A DNA stretch of 64,000 nt, from contig JAWAEU010000006.1 in the NCBI GenBank assembly GCA_038891055.1, positions 974 to 64,973 of the forward strand, in the 5' to 3' direction. This DNA is from Candidatus Anstonellaceae archaeon. Its GTDB lineage: Archaea > Micrarchaeota > Micrarchaeia > Anstonellales > Anstonellaceae. A model generated the notes under the pieces. It ran no database searches. It was not told where the DNA came from and worked only from the letters and a program-made list of their open reading frames with translations. Each line of letters starts with the position of its first letter. The stretch's first letter is position 1. A program made the position numbers and the translations under genes. This document shows positions 18,901 to 29,400 of the stretch, in pieces.

Positions 18901-19327
18901 CCAAATAAGAAGAACCATCGGGATTTCCATCATCAGGCGAAATTGTTGGACTGTGTATTTTTACGTCGGCTATACCTTCTGTAGGAGCTACTAATACACC
19001 TTCTGTTAGAATACAAACTCCTGTCCTTACAGCTTGTTCTATTAAAACCTCAGGGGTTGCTTTAAAAATCTCGCCTTTACAGATTTTTTGTATGATTTCT
19101 TTTGCTATGATATCTCTTGATTTTTTTTGTTCTTCTAATTTTTTTATTTCTTTGGCAATTCCCCTTGGACCAACCAATCCTTCTACTCTTTCTGCTAAAT
19201 CTGAAGCTATTTTTATTTCGACATCTTCTTCTGGATCTAAACCCAACTTTCTTGCATGCCTTGCTACATCATATGCCTCTTGTAATTTTTTTTCTAAATT
19301 TGAAAAATATTGCTCTATTCTTTCCAT
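15923..19327 (-). CDS. polC: DNA polymerase D large subunit DP2
   Basis: FAGPIRSAGGTA, GGFRLRYGR.R, RMGRPEKA, RDGT.RFD, RRNCDGDED, C-terminal Zn finger; no intein; alternative GTG start at 19336. Confidence 0.98.
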   Translation of the reverse strand: MERIEQYFSNLEKKLQEAYDVARHARKLGLDPEEDVEIKIASDLAERVEGLVGPRGIAKEIKKLEEQKKSRDIIAKEIIQKICKGEIFKATPEVLIEQAVRTGVCILTEGVLVAPTEGIADVKIHSPTISPDDGNPDGSSYLAVYFAGPIRSAGGTASAQAVLLADYARRFFNIGRYRPTETEIERYVEECNIYNERCARLQYKPTDEELRFIVRNCPICVNGEPTEQIEVSLYRDLKRVKTNRIRGGAILVLCEGIAQKAAKLVKYSSKIGLEEDWNFLTTIAKGIKKEEKKFELKEDNKFFEEIVAGRPIFSFSMAKGGFRLRYGRTRVTGIAAKAIHPATMYILNSFLAIGTQIKIDRPGKGAVVSCCDSIMGPIVKLKDGSVVYVENVEEAKKLVDQVDEILFLGDLLISYGDFLKSNHALLPSPFVEEWWEKIAQAKQVKYPKNLSCAQAFEIAEKYSIPLHPKFTFFWNELNSIQLKELALWIFENAKLDFDLFELKSFTIESSNQKRYLELLGIPHLVKENKIIIDKENALALILSLGLFKVGKRKLSLERFEKFFDPNKTVFENIQSLSGITILNKAPVYIGVRMGRPEKAKRREMSPPVHVLFPVGLSHKSREILKLYSKLKSDQKKQEKGIYVELADYICTDCKRKNYRLRCIYCGGKCVPERLSNQKVSRSIKNPKELASQKFLDLIREVEITKSRLNGMNLKEIKGVHGLISQYKIPEILDKGFLRAKYDLSIFRDGTCRFDMTDMPLTQFKPAEVGVEIKKLIELGYSTDIYGKPLVSKDQLLALKVQDIIIPKVAGEYLFKVSKFIDELLVEVYQLKPFYNLQSYQELVGHLCIGLSPHTSAGVLCRIIGFTDANVCFAHPYFHCAKRRNCDGDEDSIILLLDALLNFSIKFLPSSRGGTMDAPLVLSTIIKPAEIDDEVHCMECVSSYPLDFYEKTLSFALPSEVEIKTVKDLLDKPQQYENLEFSFGVENIQNGPLKTSYTSLEKKMEKKIEVQFALEDKIRAVNPAIVAKRVVLSHFLPDIYGNLRSFSRQEFRCSDCNKKYRRVPLRGTCIFCNGKILPTIYKAGIEKYLEPTQKLIERYMLPDYLKQRVELIKKDINSVFIEERDKRKVQLSDFM

Positions 19328-19343
19328 CTCAATCACTCAATTT

Positions 19344-20969
19344 CTATAAAAAATCTTGCTCTAAAAATTTTAAATGAGAAAGCTGGGCTGACTTTATCTC
19401 TAATACTGGAGTGATGGCTGGTGTTGGGACATGCCCCATTTTTATTTGATAATCAGTTCTATCTTGATAAGTGCCTGAGTTTATCATAAGCACTCCCCTG
19501 TATTTTTCAGCTGCATTTTTGTGGATATGACCCATATGTAAAACATCTGGCTCTAATTTTATTAACATAAAATCTTTTGAAGAAGGTACAATTAAATTAT
19601 CTCCATAAATAGGGGAAAGATGTCTTCTTTTTAAAATTTCTTTCATAGCCAATTCTGGCTTTGCATAAGACATGCCTGGTATATTTGAAATCAATGAGTC
19701 AAGCGAAGTTCCATGATAAATAAGATGGGTTAGTTCTTCTATTTTTACAATAGCTGGAGAATTAATTAAAATAAAAGAATCGTTTTTATTATCTAACAAT
19801 GATTTATCTATTTTTGGCTGTGGTTCTGCTCTTCTAACTGCATCATGATTCCCAGGCCCAATTATTACACTTATATAATCAGGAATTTGCTCTATTGCTT
19901 TTTCAAATTCCCTATATTGCTCAAAAATATCTTTTATCAAAAGGTCATCTTCTTGGGATGGGTAAACCCCAATACCATCAACTAAGTCGCCAGCTATGAT
20001 AATATATTTTACTTTTGAAGCTAATTGCTCGTTTCCTTCCTTTCCTTCTAACCATCTTAGAAATCTTTTAAATGGTTTTTCTAAAAAATATCTACTTCCA
20101 AAGTGCAAATCAGATAGATAAACTATTGCTAGATCTTCTTGGCATTGAGGAAAAGACTTTAATACAGAAATATCTGGCCATAAGATATTTTTTGCAATAA
20201 ACATATTTTCTAATACTCTCCCATCTATTGCGATTATATCATCTCTAATAATTCCTTGGGCCTCTCTAAAACAATTTTCAGAAGATGGAACCACTACCCT
20301 AGCCTGGCCATATTCGTCTTCTAGCTCTACCAACAAATTTCCTTTTGAAGTTAACCTCTTGTCATAGACCATTCCTATTATTCTTACATCCTGTCCACTA
20401 TATTTGCTTAGTTGGTCCAACCTTACTATTGGGAGATTTGATTGCCTATTAGATAAAATTGAGCGTTGCTGCTCTAATCTATCTCGAAAATAAGACACAA
20501 AGGTTTCTACTGTTCCCAAAGAATTTATAGTTTGACATTCTTGTTCTACTATTTTAATCCTTGGACTATATTCTTTTGCAATAGGTTTAAATTTATCTGC
20601 CCTAACTATTTCTACCTCTTTTACATCTAAACCAATAGCTGGAGATACTTCCTCTTCTTTCACACTAGATTCAAAATAGGTTGGACTTTTGAGCTGAGCT
20701 TCTTCATTTTTTTTCTCATGCGAATAAACTTCTTCGCCTTTAGATAAACTGATGGGCTGAATATTTTTTAGAGGTGGAAATTTTATCTTTTTTTCTACTG
20801 ATTTTTCTTCTACGACTTCTTTTATATCCTCTAAATCTAACAATAATTTTGACTTTTGGACCAGGGATTCTAAAATAGAGCGTTCTATTTTATTTTTTGC
20901 TAAGTATTCAAAGGCTCTTTTTGTTAGCCTTATATTTTTAGAATACAAAAAAGCTATATCCTCTTCCAT
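19344..20969 (-). CDS. polB: DNA polymerase D small subunit DP1
   Basis: OB fold plus calcineurin-like motifs SDLHFGS, AGDLVDGIG.YP.Q, PGNHD, HMGHIH. Confidence 0.96.
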   Translation of the reverse strand: MEEDIAFLYSKNIRLTKRAFEYLAKNKIERSILESLVQKSKLLLDLEDIKEVVEEKSVEKKIKFPPLKNIQPISLSKGEEVYSHEKKNEEAQLKSPTYFESSVKEEEVSPAIGLDVKEVEIVRADKFKPIAKEYSPRIKIVEQECQTINSLGTVETFVSYFRDRLEQQRSILSNRQSNLPIVRLDQLSKYSGQDVRIIGMVYDKRLTSKGNLLVELEDEYGQARVVVPSSENCFREAQGIIRDDIIAIDGRVLENMFIAKNILWPDISVLKSFPQCQEDLAIVYLSDLHFGSRYFLEKPFKRFLRWLEGKEGNEQLASKVKYIIIAGDLVDGIGVYPSQEDDLLIKDIFEQYREFEKAIEQIPDYISVIIGPGNHDAVRRAEPQPKIDKSLLDNKNDSFILINSPAIVKIEELTHLIYHGTSLDSLISNIPGMSYAKPELAMKEILKRRHLSPIYGDNLIVPSSKDFMLIKLEPDVLHMGHIHKNAAEKYRGVLMINSGTYQDRTDYQIKMGHVPTPAITPVLEIKSAQLSHLKFLEQDFL

Positions 20970-21021
20970 TTCTTATCCAATTAGAAATACAGAAAGAAAA
21001 TATAAAAAGTAGTATAATAAT

Positions 21022-21270
21022 TCATAAGGCTTCTAATTTAGTTAAAATATCCCAAATATAAGTTCTTCCATGCATTGGCATATTTACATCCTCTGAAGCC
21101 TGTACCAGGGTTTGAATGGCAGAAGAGACCTTAGTTTGAAAATCCTGATTAGAATTCAAAACGTCCTTTGCCTCTTGTATTTTCTTTCTTATATTTCTTG
21201 GCAATGAGGTATCTTCTATCAAAAAATCTAATAAAGAAATTATGCTATTTAATTCCTCTTTTTCTGCCAT
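21022..21270 (-). CDS. UPF0147 family protein
   Basis: D.SLPRNIR, S.D.NMPMH.RT.IW. Confidence 0.9.
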   Translation of the reverse strand: MAEKEELNSIISLLDFLIEDTSLPRNIRKKIQEAKDVLNSNQDFQTKVSSAIQTLVQASEDVNMPMHGRTYIWDILTKLEAL

Positions 21271-21344
21271 AAACTCACCCTAAAATACCAATAAATAGAT
21301 AAAATAATTTAGATAAATAAATTTTTAAATAACTGCCTTGTGCT

Positions 21345-24300
21345 TTATTTATTTTCCCAATAGCAATAATACAAAAATGGACTATAAGAAAGAGAGGGTG
21401 GATTAGAAGGACTACATGACATATCACTACTATAATTTTCTACTTTAACTTTACCACAGTTAGTGGTGTTTGCACCAAAGTGTGGGTAGACCACCTCCTC
21501 TGCATCATATGAAAGAATTGGGTGAGAAAAGAAAGTATAGTAATTTTCTGAGTCTTTTGTAGTTTGATTTAAGCAACATTTTTCATTTAGCATCCCTAGT
21601 ATAGTACCAAAGTCTGGGTTTGTAAATAATTCCTCCATGCTTTCTATTTCTAATTTTTTAACCTCTGTGAAATATTTTGATGAAGAAGGGATATAATAAC
21701 AAACTATCTTTTTAGAGCTAAATTTCTCTTCGCATAAATTATTTTTACAATAAGTAATAGAGATATAATTCCTTGGACATTCCTTTCCTGGGCAACTAGA
21801 ACCATCTTCGCAATCAGATTTACATAATGAAGGGTCAGATGAAGGACAATTTACACAAAGTTCAGATGCAGATTTGTTTTGAGCATTTACTAAAAGAGTT
21901 GAAACATCTGCAGAAAATTGTAAGTATGAAAGAGAGCCATTAACTAAATTTATAAATGGTTGATCCTTTAGTTCTGAAGTGCTATATACAATATTTTCTG
22001 GCTGTTCAAATAGAGAAGGTAATAGAATACCGATCACTCCGCTTAGTGTTAGTTTATCCTCTATTAAAAAGAGCATATCAAAAAATAAAGGATCCATATA
22101 TGAACTCTGCCTAAAGTATGTGTTTTTGTCGATTCTTAATTTCCACAAAGTTGGCTTTCCTAGATGTATTAGAATTTGTCTTGACAACTCAGCTGCTTTT
22201 TTGACAGTAGAGAGATAATAAGCTGATTTTTCTTTTTCACTAGAGAGGCGAGGAGAATAAGAAAGATCTAAATTTAAAACAATCACATCTACACTCTTTA
22301 ACTTAGCCTCCGAAGCTTGATCTAAGATAGGTGGAAAACCTATGTTTTCCTCTGTAGGGAATTTTATACCAAAGTAACTATAGAGGGAAGAATTTAGATT
22401 ATTTGGAGATGTAAAATAAATTTCTGAAATATTGGTGTCATTTTTTATTTTAATAATTTGCTCGTGTTCTAGTGCTAAAATACAACTTGGGCATAAATTC
22501 CTAGCATTGCTAATCCTAAAATATGCATTAGAAGAAGTAAGAGTATCTAGAATTGAGATCACTGCACTGTGTTTTGAATTTAAAAACAAAAATAAGAAAT
22601 CTGGAAGTGTTTTTACACTACACCTTGCGATCCACTTAACACATAAGCCTTCACTATTTGTTTCTTTACAATAATAGTTTAAATCACCTACACAATAAGG
22701 ATTATCTTCTGGCAGCTGATCTAATTCTCTTTCAAATACGACAGTATTGCCTCCCATTGAAATACCAGCTTTAGAATATTCTTTTAGATCTAAAACAACT
22801 ATTACATTGTTTTCTAAATAATTATGAATTTTAGAAATCAAATAGTTAAAATCTGGAATGGTTGAAGGAGAAGAATCAGGAAGATTTACAACAAAAGGAT
22901 TTGATGGAAGAAATGAATAAAGATTACTATTACATTTACAATTACCAAAATTAACAAAACAGTTAGAAGGACAGTACGAAATTGGAGTGCTATTTACTTT
23001 TTGATATGCTAGAGTTACAAAAGTACCACAACTATCACAAACTCCATAAGAGCGAGTTTTGAGAATATCCAAATTTTCTTCTTTTTTACACTTCCCCAAG
23101 TTTCTAATAACCCACATCTTGTCAAATAAAAATTCTCCTTTTTCTTCTTCCATATAATAGGGATGGAAAGAGAAAGGAGTAACATATTGCTCTATTAAAC
23201 TGTGGTTTTGTAGTGGTATTTTTTTAATAGAGATCTCTAAAATATCAAAGGTAGGATCATTAAAATTGTTAATATTATCTGTAGCTTTAAGGTCACATTT
23301 TTCAATAAAGTCAAATTTTTGTTTTAGATCACTAAAACTAACATTTCTAGAAGAAATTATTATTGTTTTTTCAGCGCCCTCGGTGGAAACTAATTGAAAA
23401 GGTGGCACTAAAACAAAGGCTCTTCTCCACTCCCACCTCATCTCGTCATTTCTATCATTTTGATTAGAAAGCCTGCTTAACTTAGAAGACAAAATTTCAA
23501 TATTGTCTTTCCACACAACCCAATCTTGTGGACCTAACATGCCATTTTTACAGCTTGGTTGTGCCGTATTATTGTTTTTATCTCTACAGATTTTATCTTT
23601 AGAATCAAAAAAGTAATTGTTTGGACAACTTGGTACAACTATTTTGTTAAAATTATTATCAATACACCCATATTCAGAAACTTTTTTTACAATATTTGCA
23701 AATTCTACCTGTTGTTTTTTTCCATCTATAGTCTTTTTATATTTATTAAACTCATCAAAATCATATACTCCCCAATCCCCATCCCAGCTACTCTCTCCCC
23801 TGACTGTTGCACTTGTATATCTCTTATCAAGTAAAAATAAATAATTTTTGCCATAATCATAATAAGCATAAAGATCATATGTTGTAGGATTATATTTACA
23901 CAATACTACTGGTTTTTTTTCAAAGTTTGAAAATAAGTTACAGAGATTTAGACCTGTTTTGCATTCTTCGTCCTCTATCGATCTATCAGATGGGCACTCT
24001 AAAAATGCGTCCTTACAAGAATTAAAAAAAGAACAATTACAGGAAATAGAACTATTATCATTCAAAAAGCAGCTTCCCCTAAGATATTGGCTCTTTATAC
24101 ATCTTGAAGAAAGACAATCGTTGTCTGAAAGACATTCAAATACCTTTGCACCTTCAGGACCAATTCCTTTTTCTCCAGTTTTTCTATAGTAATCCTTTGC
24201 TTCTTCAGGGTATTCTCTCATTAAAGCTGAGACATAAACAGAAGGATCTAAATAATAATGCTCTAGAGATTCTCCTCTTATATTTGTAGGGGGTAGAACA

Positions 24301-25319
24301 TTTATTTTTTTAAATTCAAGTTCTTTAAATAATTCCTTGTTAAAGATTTTAGAACAGAAATTAAAACATAGAATTTTTGAATAATCAGAACTTTTTGGAA
24401 AAGAAATAGATGGGTTGGACATGCAAAAGTAATGAGATTGATTTTCTGAACAAAAATTTAATGGTGCTTTAAAATTATTTTGAAAAACTTTTAGTTTTTT
24501 TAAGCCCCCTCCATAAAATTCAAGGTAATTAAAAAATCTATCCACAACTGCCTCTCCTCCAAAAGACCTAGTACAAAAAACATCTGAAGGTGGAAAATAA
24601 TATCTTGCTACTTCAAAATCTGAAAAAGAACCTAAAAATCCAATTCTTAAATTATTTACTAACCAATTCTTTTCTGTTAACAAACCCATAGTAGACTCAT
24701 TAATATATCTAAATTCACAAACTTTTCCAACTAAGCCTTTGTCTACTTCAAAAATAGAACTCTTAGTACCTCCAGAAGAAGACTTGTATGAATTTTCTAA
24801 TTTGTTAGTTTCATCAGGAGAAAATGAAAACTCCTTTTTTATTTTTTGCTTCTTTTCTCCACACATAAAAATTTTACAATCATTTTGTATACAATTAAAA
24901 CTTGAAACATTTACACAGATAGGATAGGTTATTCTTGGATTTGAAAGAGAATAACAAGTATTTTTTTCATCTTCATTAGTGCAATTTGCCTTATCAAAAT
25001 TACAATTTTTTGAGCAATCATTTGGTCTTATTGGATTTGAAGAGCCGGCGTATAAAATTTTATTTTTGTTTTTATCTAAAACTTCTCCGGAGGATTTGTT
25101 GAAATACTTACATTCTATACCATCAAAGTCCCCACACTCAATCATTTCAAATAAGTCAGAAGTGCCTTCAATCGGATTGGGAGAAAGAGAACAAGAATAT
25201 GTTTCATTAGACTGATAACAACATTGAGCTTCGATCAAATTTTTATTTGGGTTGATAGTACAACCTAAGAGAAACATTAGAACAAAAATTAAAAAAAGAG
25301 TAGAAAAGATTCTTATCAT
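21345..25319 (-). CDS. Large Cys-rich secreted lipoprotein-like protein (1324 aa)
   Basis: N-terminal hydrophobic stretch ending FLLGC; numerous cysteines; GAGGTG SD; last gene of the membrane-protein operon. Confidence 0.75.
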   Translation of the reverse strand: MIRIFSTLFLIFVLMFLLGCTINPNKNLIEAQCCYQSNETYSCSLSPNPIEGTSDLFEMIECGDFDGIECKYFNKSSGEVLDKNKNKILYAGSSNPIRPNDCSKNCNFDKANCTNEDEKNTCYSLSNPRITYPICVNVSSFNCIQNDCKIFMCGEKKQKIKKEFSFSPDETNKLENSYKSSSGGTKSSIFEVDKGLVGKVCEFRYINESTMGLLTEKNWLVNNLRIGFLGSFSDFEVARYYFPPSDVFCTRSFGGEAVVDRFFNYLEFYGGGLKKLKVFQNNFKAPLNFCSENQSHYFCMSNPSISFPKSSDYSKILCFNFCSKIFNKELFKELEFKKINVLPPTNIRGESLEHYYLDPSVYVSALMREYPEEAKDYYRKTGEKGIGPEGAKVFECLSDNDCLSSRCIKSQYLRGSCFLNDNSSISCNCSFFNSCKDAFLECPSDRSIEDEECKTGLNLCNLFSNFEKKPVVLCKYNPTTYDLYAYYDYGKNYLFLLDKRYTSATVRGESSWDGDWGVYDFDEFNKYKKTIDGKKQQVEFANIVKKVSEYGCIDNNFNKIVVPSCPNNYFFDSKDKICRDKNNNTAQPSCKNGMLGPQDWVVWKDNIEILSSKLSRLSNQNDRNDEMRWEWRRAFVLVPPFQLVSTEGAEKTIIISSRNVSFSDLKQKFDFIEKCDLKATDNINNFNDPTFDILEISIKKIPLQNHSLIEQYVTPFSFHPYYMEEEKGEFLFDKMWVIRNLGKCKKEENLDILKTRSYGVCDSCGTFVTLAYQKVNSTPISYCPSNCFVNFGNCKCNSNLYSFLPSNPFVVNLPDSSPSTIPDFNYLISKIHNYLENNVIVVLDLKEYSKAGISMGGNTVVFERELDQLPEDNPYCVGDLNYYCKETNSEGLCVKWIARCSVKTLPDFLFLFLNSKHSAVISILDTLTSSNAYFRISNARNLCPSCILALEHEQIIKIKNDTNISEIYFTSPNNLNSSLYSYFGIKFPTEENIGFPPILDQASEAKLKSVDVIVLNLDLSYSPRLSSEKEKSAYYLSTVKKAAELSRQILIHLGKPTLWKLRIDKNTYFRQSSYMDPLFFDMLFLIEDKLTLSGVIGILLPSLFEQPENIVYSTSELKDQPFINLVNGSLSYLQFSADVSTLLVNAQNKSASELCVNCPSSDPSLCKSDCEDGSSCPGKECPRNYISITYCKNNLCEEKFSSKKIVCYYIPSSSKYFTEVKKLEIESMEELFTNPDFGTILGMLNEKCCLNQTTKDSENYYTFFSHPILSYDAEEVVYPHFGANTTNCGKVKVENYSSDMSCSPSNPPSLSYSPFLYYCYWENK

Positions 25320-25333
25320 CTTTTTTATTCACC

Positions 25334-26473
25334 TCATAAATTTTTAGAAATAAAATGCAATAGATAAGTACTATCGGCTGATAGAAAATTTGCTAAGAAA
25401 TTTATAAATATTACAGTTATTGCTAGAGATAAAAAGGGGTAAAAAAAAGTTCCCATAGAAACTTGGACTATAAATTCTTCTATATCTGAAGAAAAAATAA
25501 TACTAGAATCATTTTCATTTGATTCAAAGGAAGAAAATTGTGCAAATGGCCCAAACTTTGCAAAGCAAATATTATTTATTACATCATTTTTAGTTGGAGG
25601 TTGGGGGGTTTGTACAACTTTAATTAATGAAGGTTGAATGAAAATATATGCTATTGGAAAAATAAAGTAAAAACCTATAGCTACAGCTATAAATAGACTA
25701 CCAATTCCTCTAAGGGGGGGAAATAGTCTTAGCAATAAACCTACTGGCAAAAAAAACGACAGGAGATTTTGCTCTAGATATGTTACAAAAAAGTATTGCG
25801 CTACTAAAGAGATAGAAAGAGAAGCCAACCTATTTGCAATATAATGATAACTCTCAATTTCTCTATAAACACCTTCCTCCCATATTTTACAAGATTGCCA
25901 ACCTACATAAGATTTACATTTCGAACCTTCTGTTTCTTTTACCATATTTGCGAGATATGCTGAGAGATAAAGTACATTAGATGCTTCTAAGTATTCTGAA
26001 ATTTTACATTTTATTAAAGTAAATGGTCCTGCCTGTTGATCCCATAATTTAATTTTTTGATCTTGACAAGAAAAAACAGCTGAGGAAGGCAAAAAAAGAT
26101 CCTGAATAAAAATAAAACCTGTGTTTAATAAATAAACAAAAGCTACTATTCCAAAAGCGGTTGCCGTTGTTTGATAGAATTCAGAAATTGCAAATCTTTT
26201 TACATTTTCTGCATCAAAAGCCTTTGCTAACATATAAATTATGACGTTTGCAAAAAAGCAAATGGCAACTACAATAGCTGAAAATTTTATCCAATAAAAT
26301 TCATCAGAATAATTAGATTGTTTGTACCAATTTACATTAAAGAGTTTAAAGTCTTTAGCTGAAGTAGTATTAGACTTCTGGAGCCACTCCCCCCAATCCT
26401 GAGAATATAAAATTCCTCCGAACAGAAGGAAGAATAAAGAGAATTTAAGCAAGATATGCAAGTTTTGAAACAT
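25334..26473 (-). CDS. Polytopic membrane protein, paralog 6 of the tandem family (VirB6/CedA-like candidate)
   Basis: Start moved to ATG 26473 after GGTGGTGAT; motifs YMLAKAF..ENVKRFAISE and LPVGLLLRLFPPLRGIG..FIA..IGFY..FP. Confidence 0.75.
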   Translation of the reverse strand: MFQNLHILLKFSLFFLLFGGILYSQDWGEWLQKSNTTSAKDFKLFNVNWYKQSNYSDEFYWIKFSAIVVAICFFANVIIYMLAKAFDAENVKRFAISEFYQTTATAFGIVAFVYLLNTGFIFIQDLFLPSSAVFSCQDQKIKLWDQQAGPFTLIKCKISEYLEASNVLYLSAYLANMVKETEGSKCKSYVGWQSCKIWEEGVYREIESYHYIANRLASLSISLVAQYFFVTYLEQNLLSFFLPVGLLLRLFPPLRGIGSLFIAVAIGFYFIFPIAYIFIQPSLIKVVQTPQPPTKNDVINNICFAKFGPFAQFSSFESNENDSSIIFSSDIEEFIVQVSMGTFFYPFLSLAITVIFINFLANFLSADSTYLLHFISKNL

Positions 26474-29400
26474 CAATATCACCACCTAAAATTGAAGCAA
26501 GATCTCTTACAAATGAAAGCACTGCTAGCAAAATTATCGAAGGTATAAAAAATGCTAAAATAAAGTTGATTGCAGAAAGACCAATATAAATATTTAAATT
26601 AGGGCTAAAACTTTCTTTTGACTTTGGAAATATTGGCTGCAGGGTTTTTTTATCTTCACCATACTTAAATATAGCATCACTATTTGGAAAAGTATCTTTT
26701 GTAAATGAGCCGACTTCTACAAGGTCAGCTAAATAGGAAAATTTATTAATGATGAAGGAATCGATTTTAATTCTGTTGATGGTAGAGGAATCTTTACAAA
26801 CATCATCAGAATTAAAAACTAGACAATGAATTGCTAACTTTGTGTGTATATTTTCTAATAACAAACCATATAATGCATAGCCAAATGGGAAGAGAATATA
26901 AAAGCCAATTCCAATTGCAATCATAGCTGCGCCTACATTTTTCAAAAAAGGCATGCACCTAAAAAATAAACCTACTGGTAATAAAAATATAATTAATCCA
27001 GAAGAAGAAGAGAGGAAAAATAATAAAAAGTAGTGCGTAAGAACATTGAACAAATAAAAGTTATTCAAATTAAGTAGAAAGTTAAAAACAGCCATATAAT
27101 TATAGGAAAAAGAATGAGGATTTTCATTTTGACCAAAAGTCATTTGAGCAGATTTTCTAATAATCTCTACTATTATGCTTTCTCCTGAATATGTATAGGC
27201 AGAGCCAGAAATATGGAAATAGGCAATATCTCTTCTGAGAATTATGATAGTTGAGTGGATTCTTTCTGATAGGTAATAGAGAGTATTTTGAGCAAACTCA
27301 GCTATTGAAGTGTCCATGTGCACTGTTTTTAGAGGTTCTAATCCAAAAAGATTTGAAATTGAAGAAATATTGACATATTTTTCACAATTTAAAACTAATA
27401 GTTGCCCAACTAAAACTAAAAATACCCCTAACAAAATTACTTCTGTAATTTCTCTTTTTGACCATTCCAACAATCTTGGATTAGAAAAAAGGTTTCCGAT
27501 CATAAATGCTATTGCAATAACAAAAACTATAGATGCAATACCAACTAAAAAGAATTTATAATACTGTGAAGTTATAACTTCTTTTTCAGAACAAAAAGAT
27601 TGAGGGGTTTGAGGAACAAAAACGTCTTTTGAATAAAGTTTAATGATTAAAAAGTCTGAAAAAGTGAATGTTTTGTGAGTTACAGAATCTAAAACCTTCC
27701 CTCTAACTTTTAATAGGCAACCCTTTTCTTTAAATTTAACAACTAACTTTAGATAGTCTTTGGTTTTTTCTACTAGCTTCCCTTCACATCCTCCTCCCGA
27801 AGTGATTGGAACTATATAAGAATCAAAATCGTAATCCCTTATATCCTGTGGAGTTAGAAAAACAAAATTTATATCGATATTTTTATTGTCATCTAAAAAT
27901 AAACGACTATTTTTCTCTAAATCTTTTTGTTTTTCACTATCTAATTGCTGCCCACCTACCAAAACTTTATCTATTGCCAAAATAGGACGCTCCAATGCAA
28001 ATTCAAAGGACTTATAAACACCTTTTTTGCTGTCTGTAAATGGATAAACTAAAACACTTAATTGTTTTATATCATAATAGGTATCTAAAAAAATATAATA
28101 AGGAAATCGATCAGGCACAATAAAATTAGTAAAATCAACTGTTTCTCCGTTAAATAAAGTTGCTCTTACTTCAATAACAGCTTTTGGTGAATTTTCTAAA
28201 TTTTTTATTTTGATAATTATATATTCATTCTCTTTTATTTTGGAATTTGGAACCATAAATGAAAGAGCACGGCCTTCCTTTTTGGAACTCTTATAAATAT
28301 CAGCACTAAACTTAATGGGACCAATACATGGACCATTATAAATTTTAATAGTTTTATTCTCAAAAATAACAGAAGAATCCAATGGCTCACTGCCTGCTTT
28401 TAGAGTAAAAATTAATTTATCTTTGTCCCCATTTGGACAAATTGAAGAAGTATTTAAAAGTAAAGACACATTAACAAAATTTGGAGAGAAATAGTCGCTA
28501 TTAGAAATTAGAGGATATTGAGGATTAGGAGTAAATAGCCCACTGGTACAATTCTCACTTGTACAGTTCCACTTATATAAAAAAGTAGTTTTTCTATCAT
28601 TAGAATCAATTACTTCTAATTCTCCCATCAAATAAAAGCCTGTTGAAAAATTTGTAGGCCTCATTGAACGTGGATTTGATGCGTTTGCCTCGAAAAATAT
28701 TCCCCTCTCCCTACTAATCCTAATATCATAAGAAAGATCGTAAATTCTTAATAATTGATATCCTCTCTGACAAGAGAAATTGTATGACAAATCCCCATTC
28801 GACCAATTTATTCTAAAAGGTGAATAGGATGCATTTAGCGTAACAGTTAAATTTAAGTCTAATCCAACTTTCTTATCAGTGTTTCTATCTGAGCTTCCAT
28901 TTCCCCTAAAGAGTAGCGAAAACAACTCTGGATCACAGCTAGAGTTATCAGATCGATATGTTGTATTACCATTTATAACAACTACTCCCCTACAATAAGA
29001 GCCATTGTTTATTTGTATTTCAAATGGTAAATTTATAATTTGAGTACTTAATTCGTCATCATCTCTCAAATTTATTTTAGTTCTACAAAAATTAATGTTA
29101 TTTTCTATAAGAGAGATGTTTGGTGGATAATGCTCAAATTTGTATTTTTTTACTACTAGAGGGAAGTATTGGCTTGCTGTGCCTTTAGTTATATTTAATC
29201 TATAGATCAAATAGATTTCATCAGAAATTGGAGAAATTATTTTGGTGAAATTATCATAAGGGTCAGATAAATAGGCAAAAGGAATTATTTTACGACTGTC
29301 GGCTTCCACAATTACATAGCACAAATTTTGCCTAAACCTCTGATTACAAAATACTAATTTAGAACGAGAATCTAAATTTGGAGATTCAGATAGAGAAATT

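Noticed and set aside
15923-19336. Intein in PolD DP2
   Set aside because: Length is normal (about 1135 aa), the conserved motifs are contiguous, and no splice-junction or LAGLIDADG motifs are present.
26473-26490. Conserved LGGD C-terminal motif as a coded Shine-Dalgarno for translational coupling
   Set aside because: It works at this junction (GGTGGTGAT before ATG 26473), but in the 30739 paralog the same motif is too far from the next start, so it is more likely a protein-level motif.
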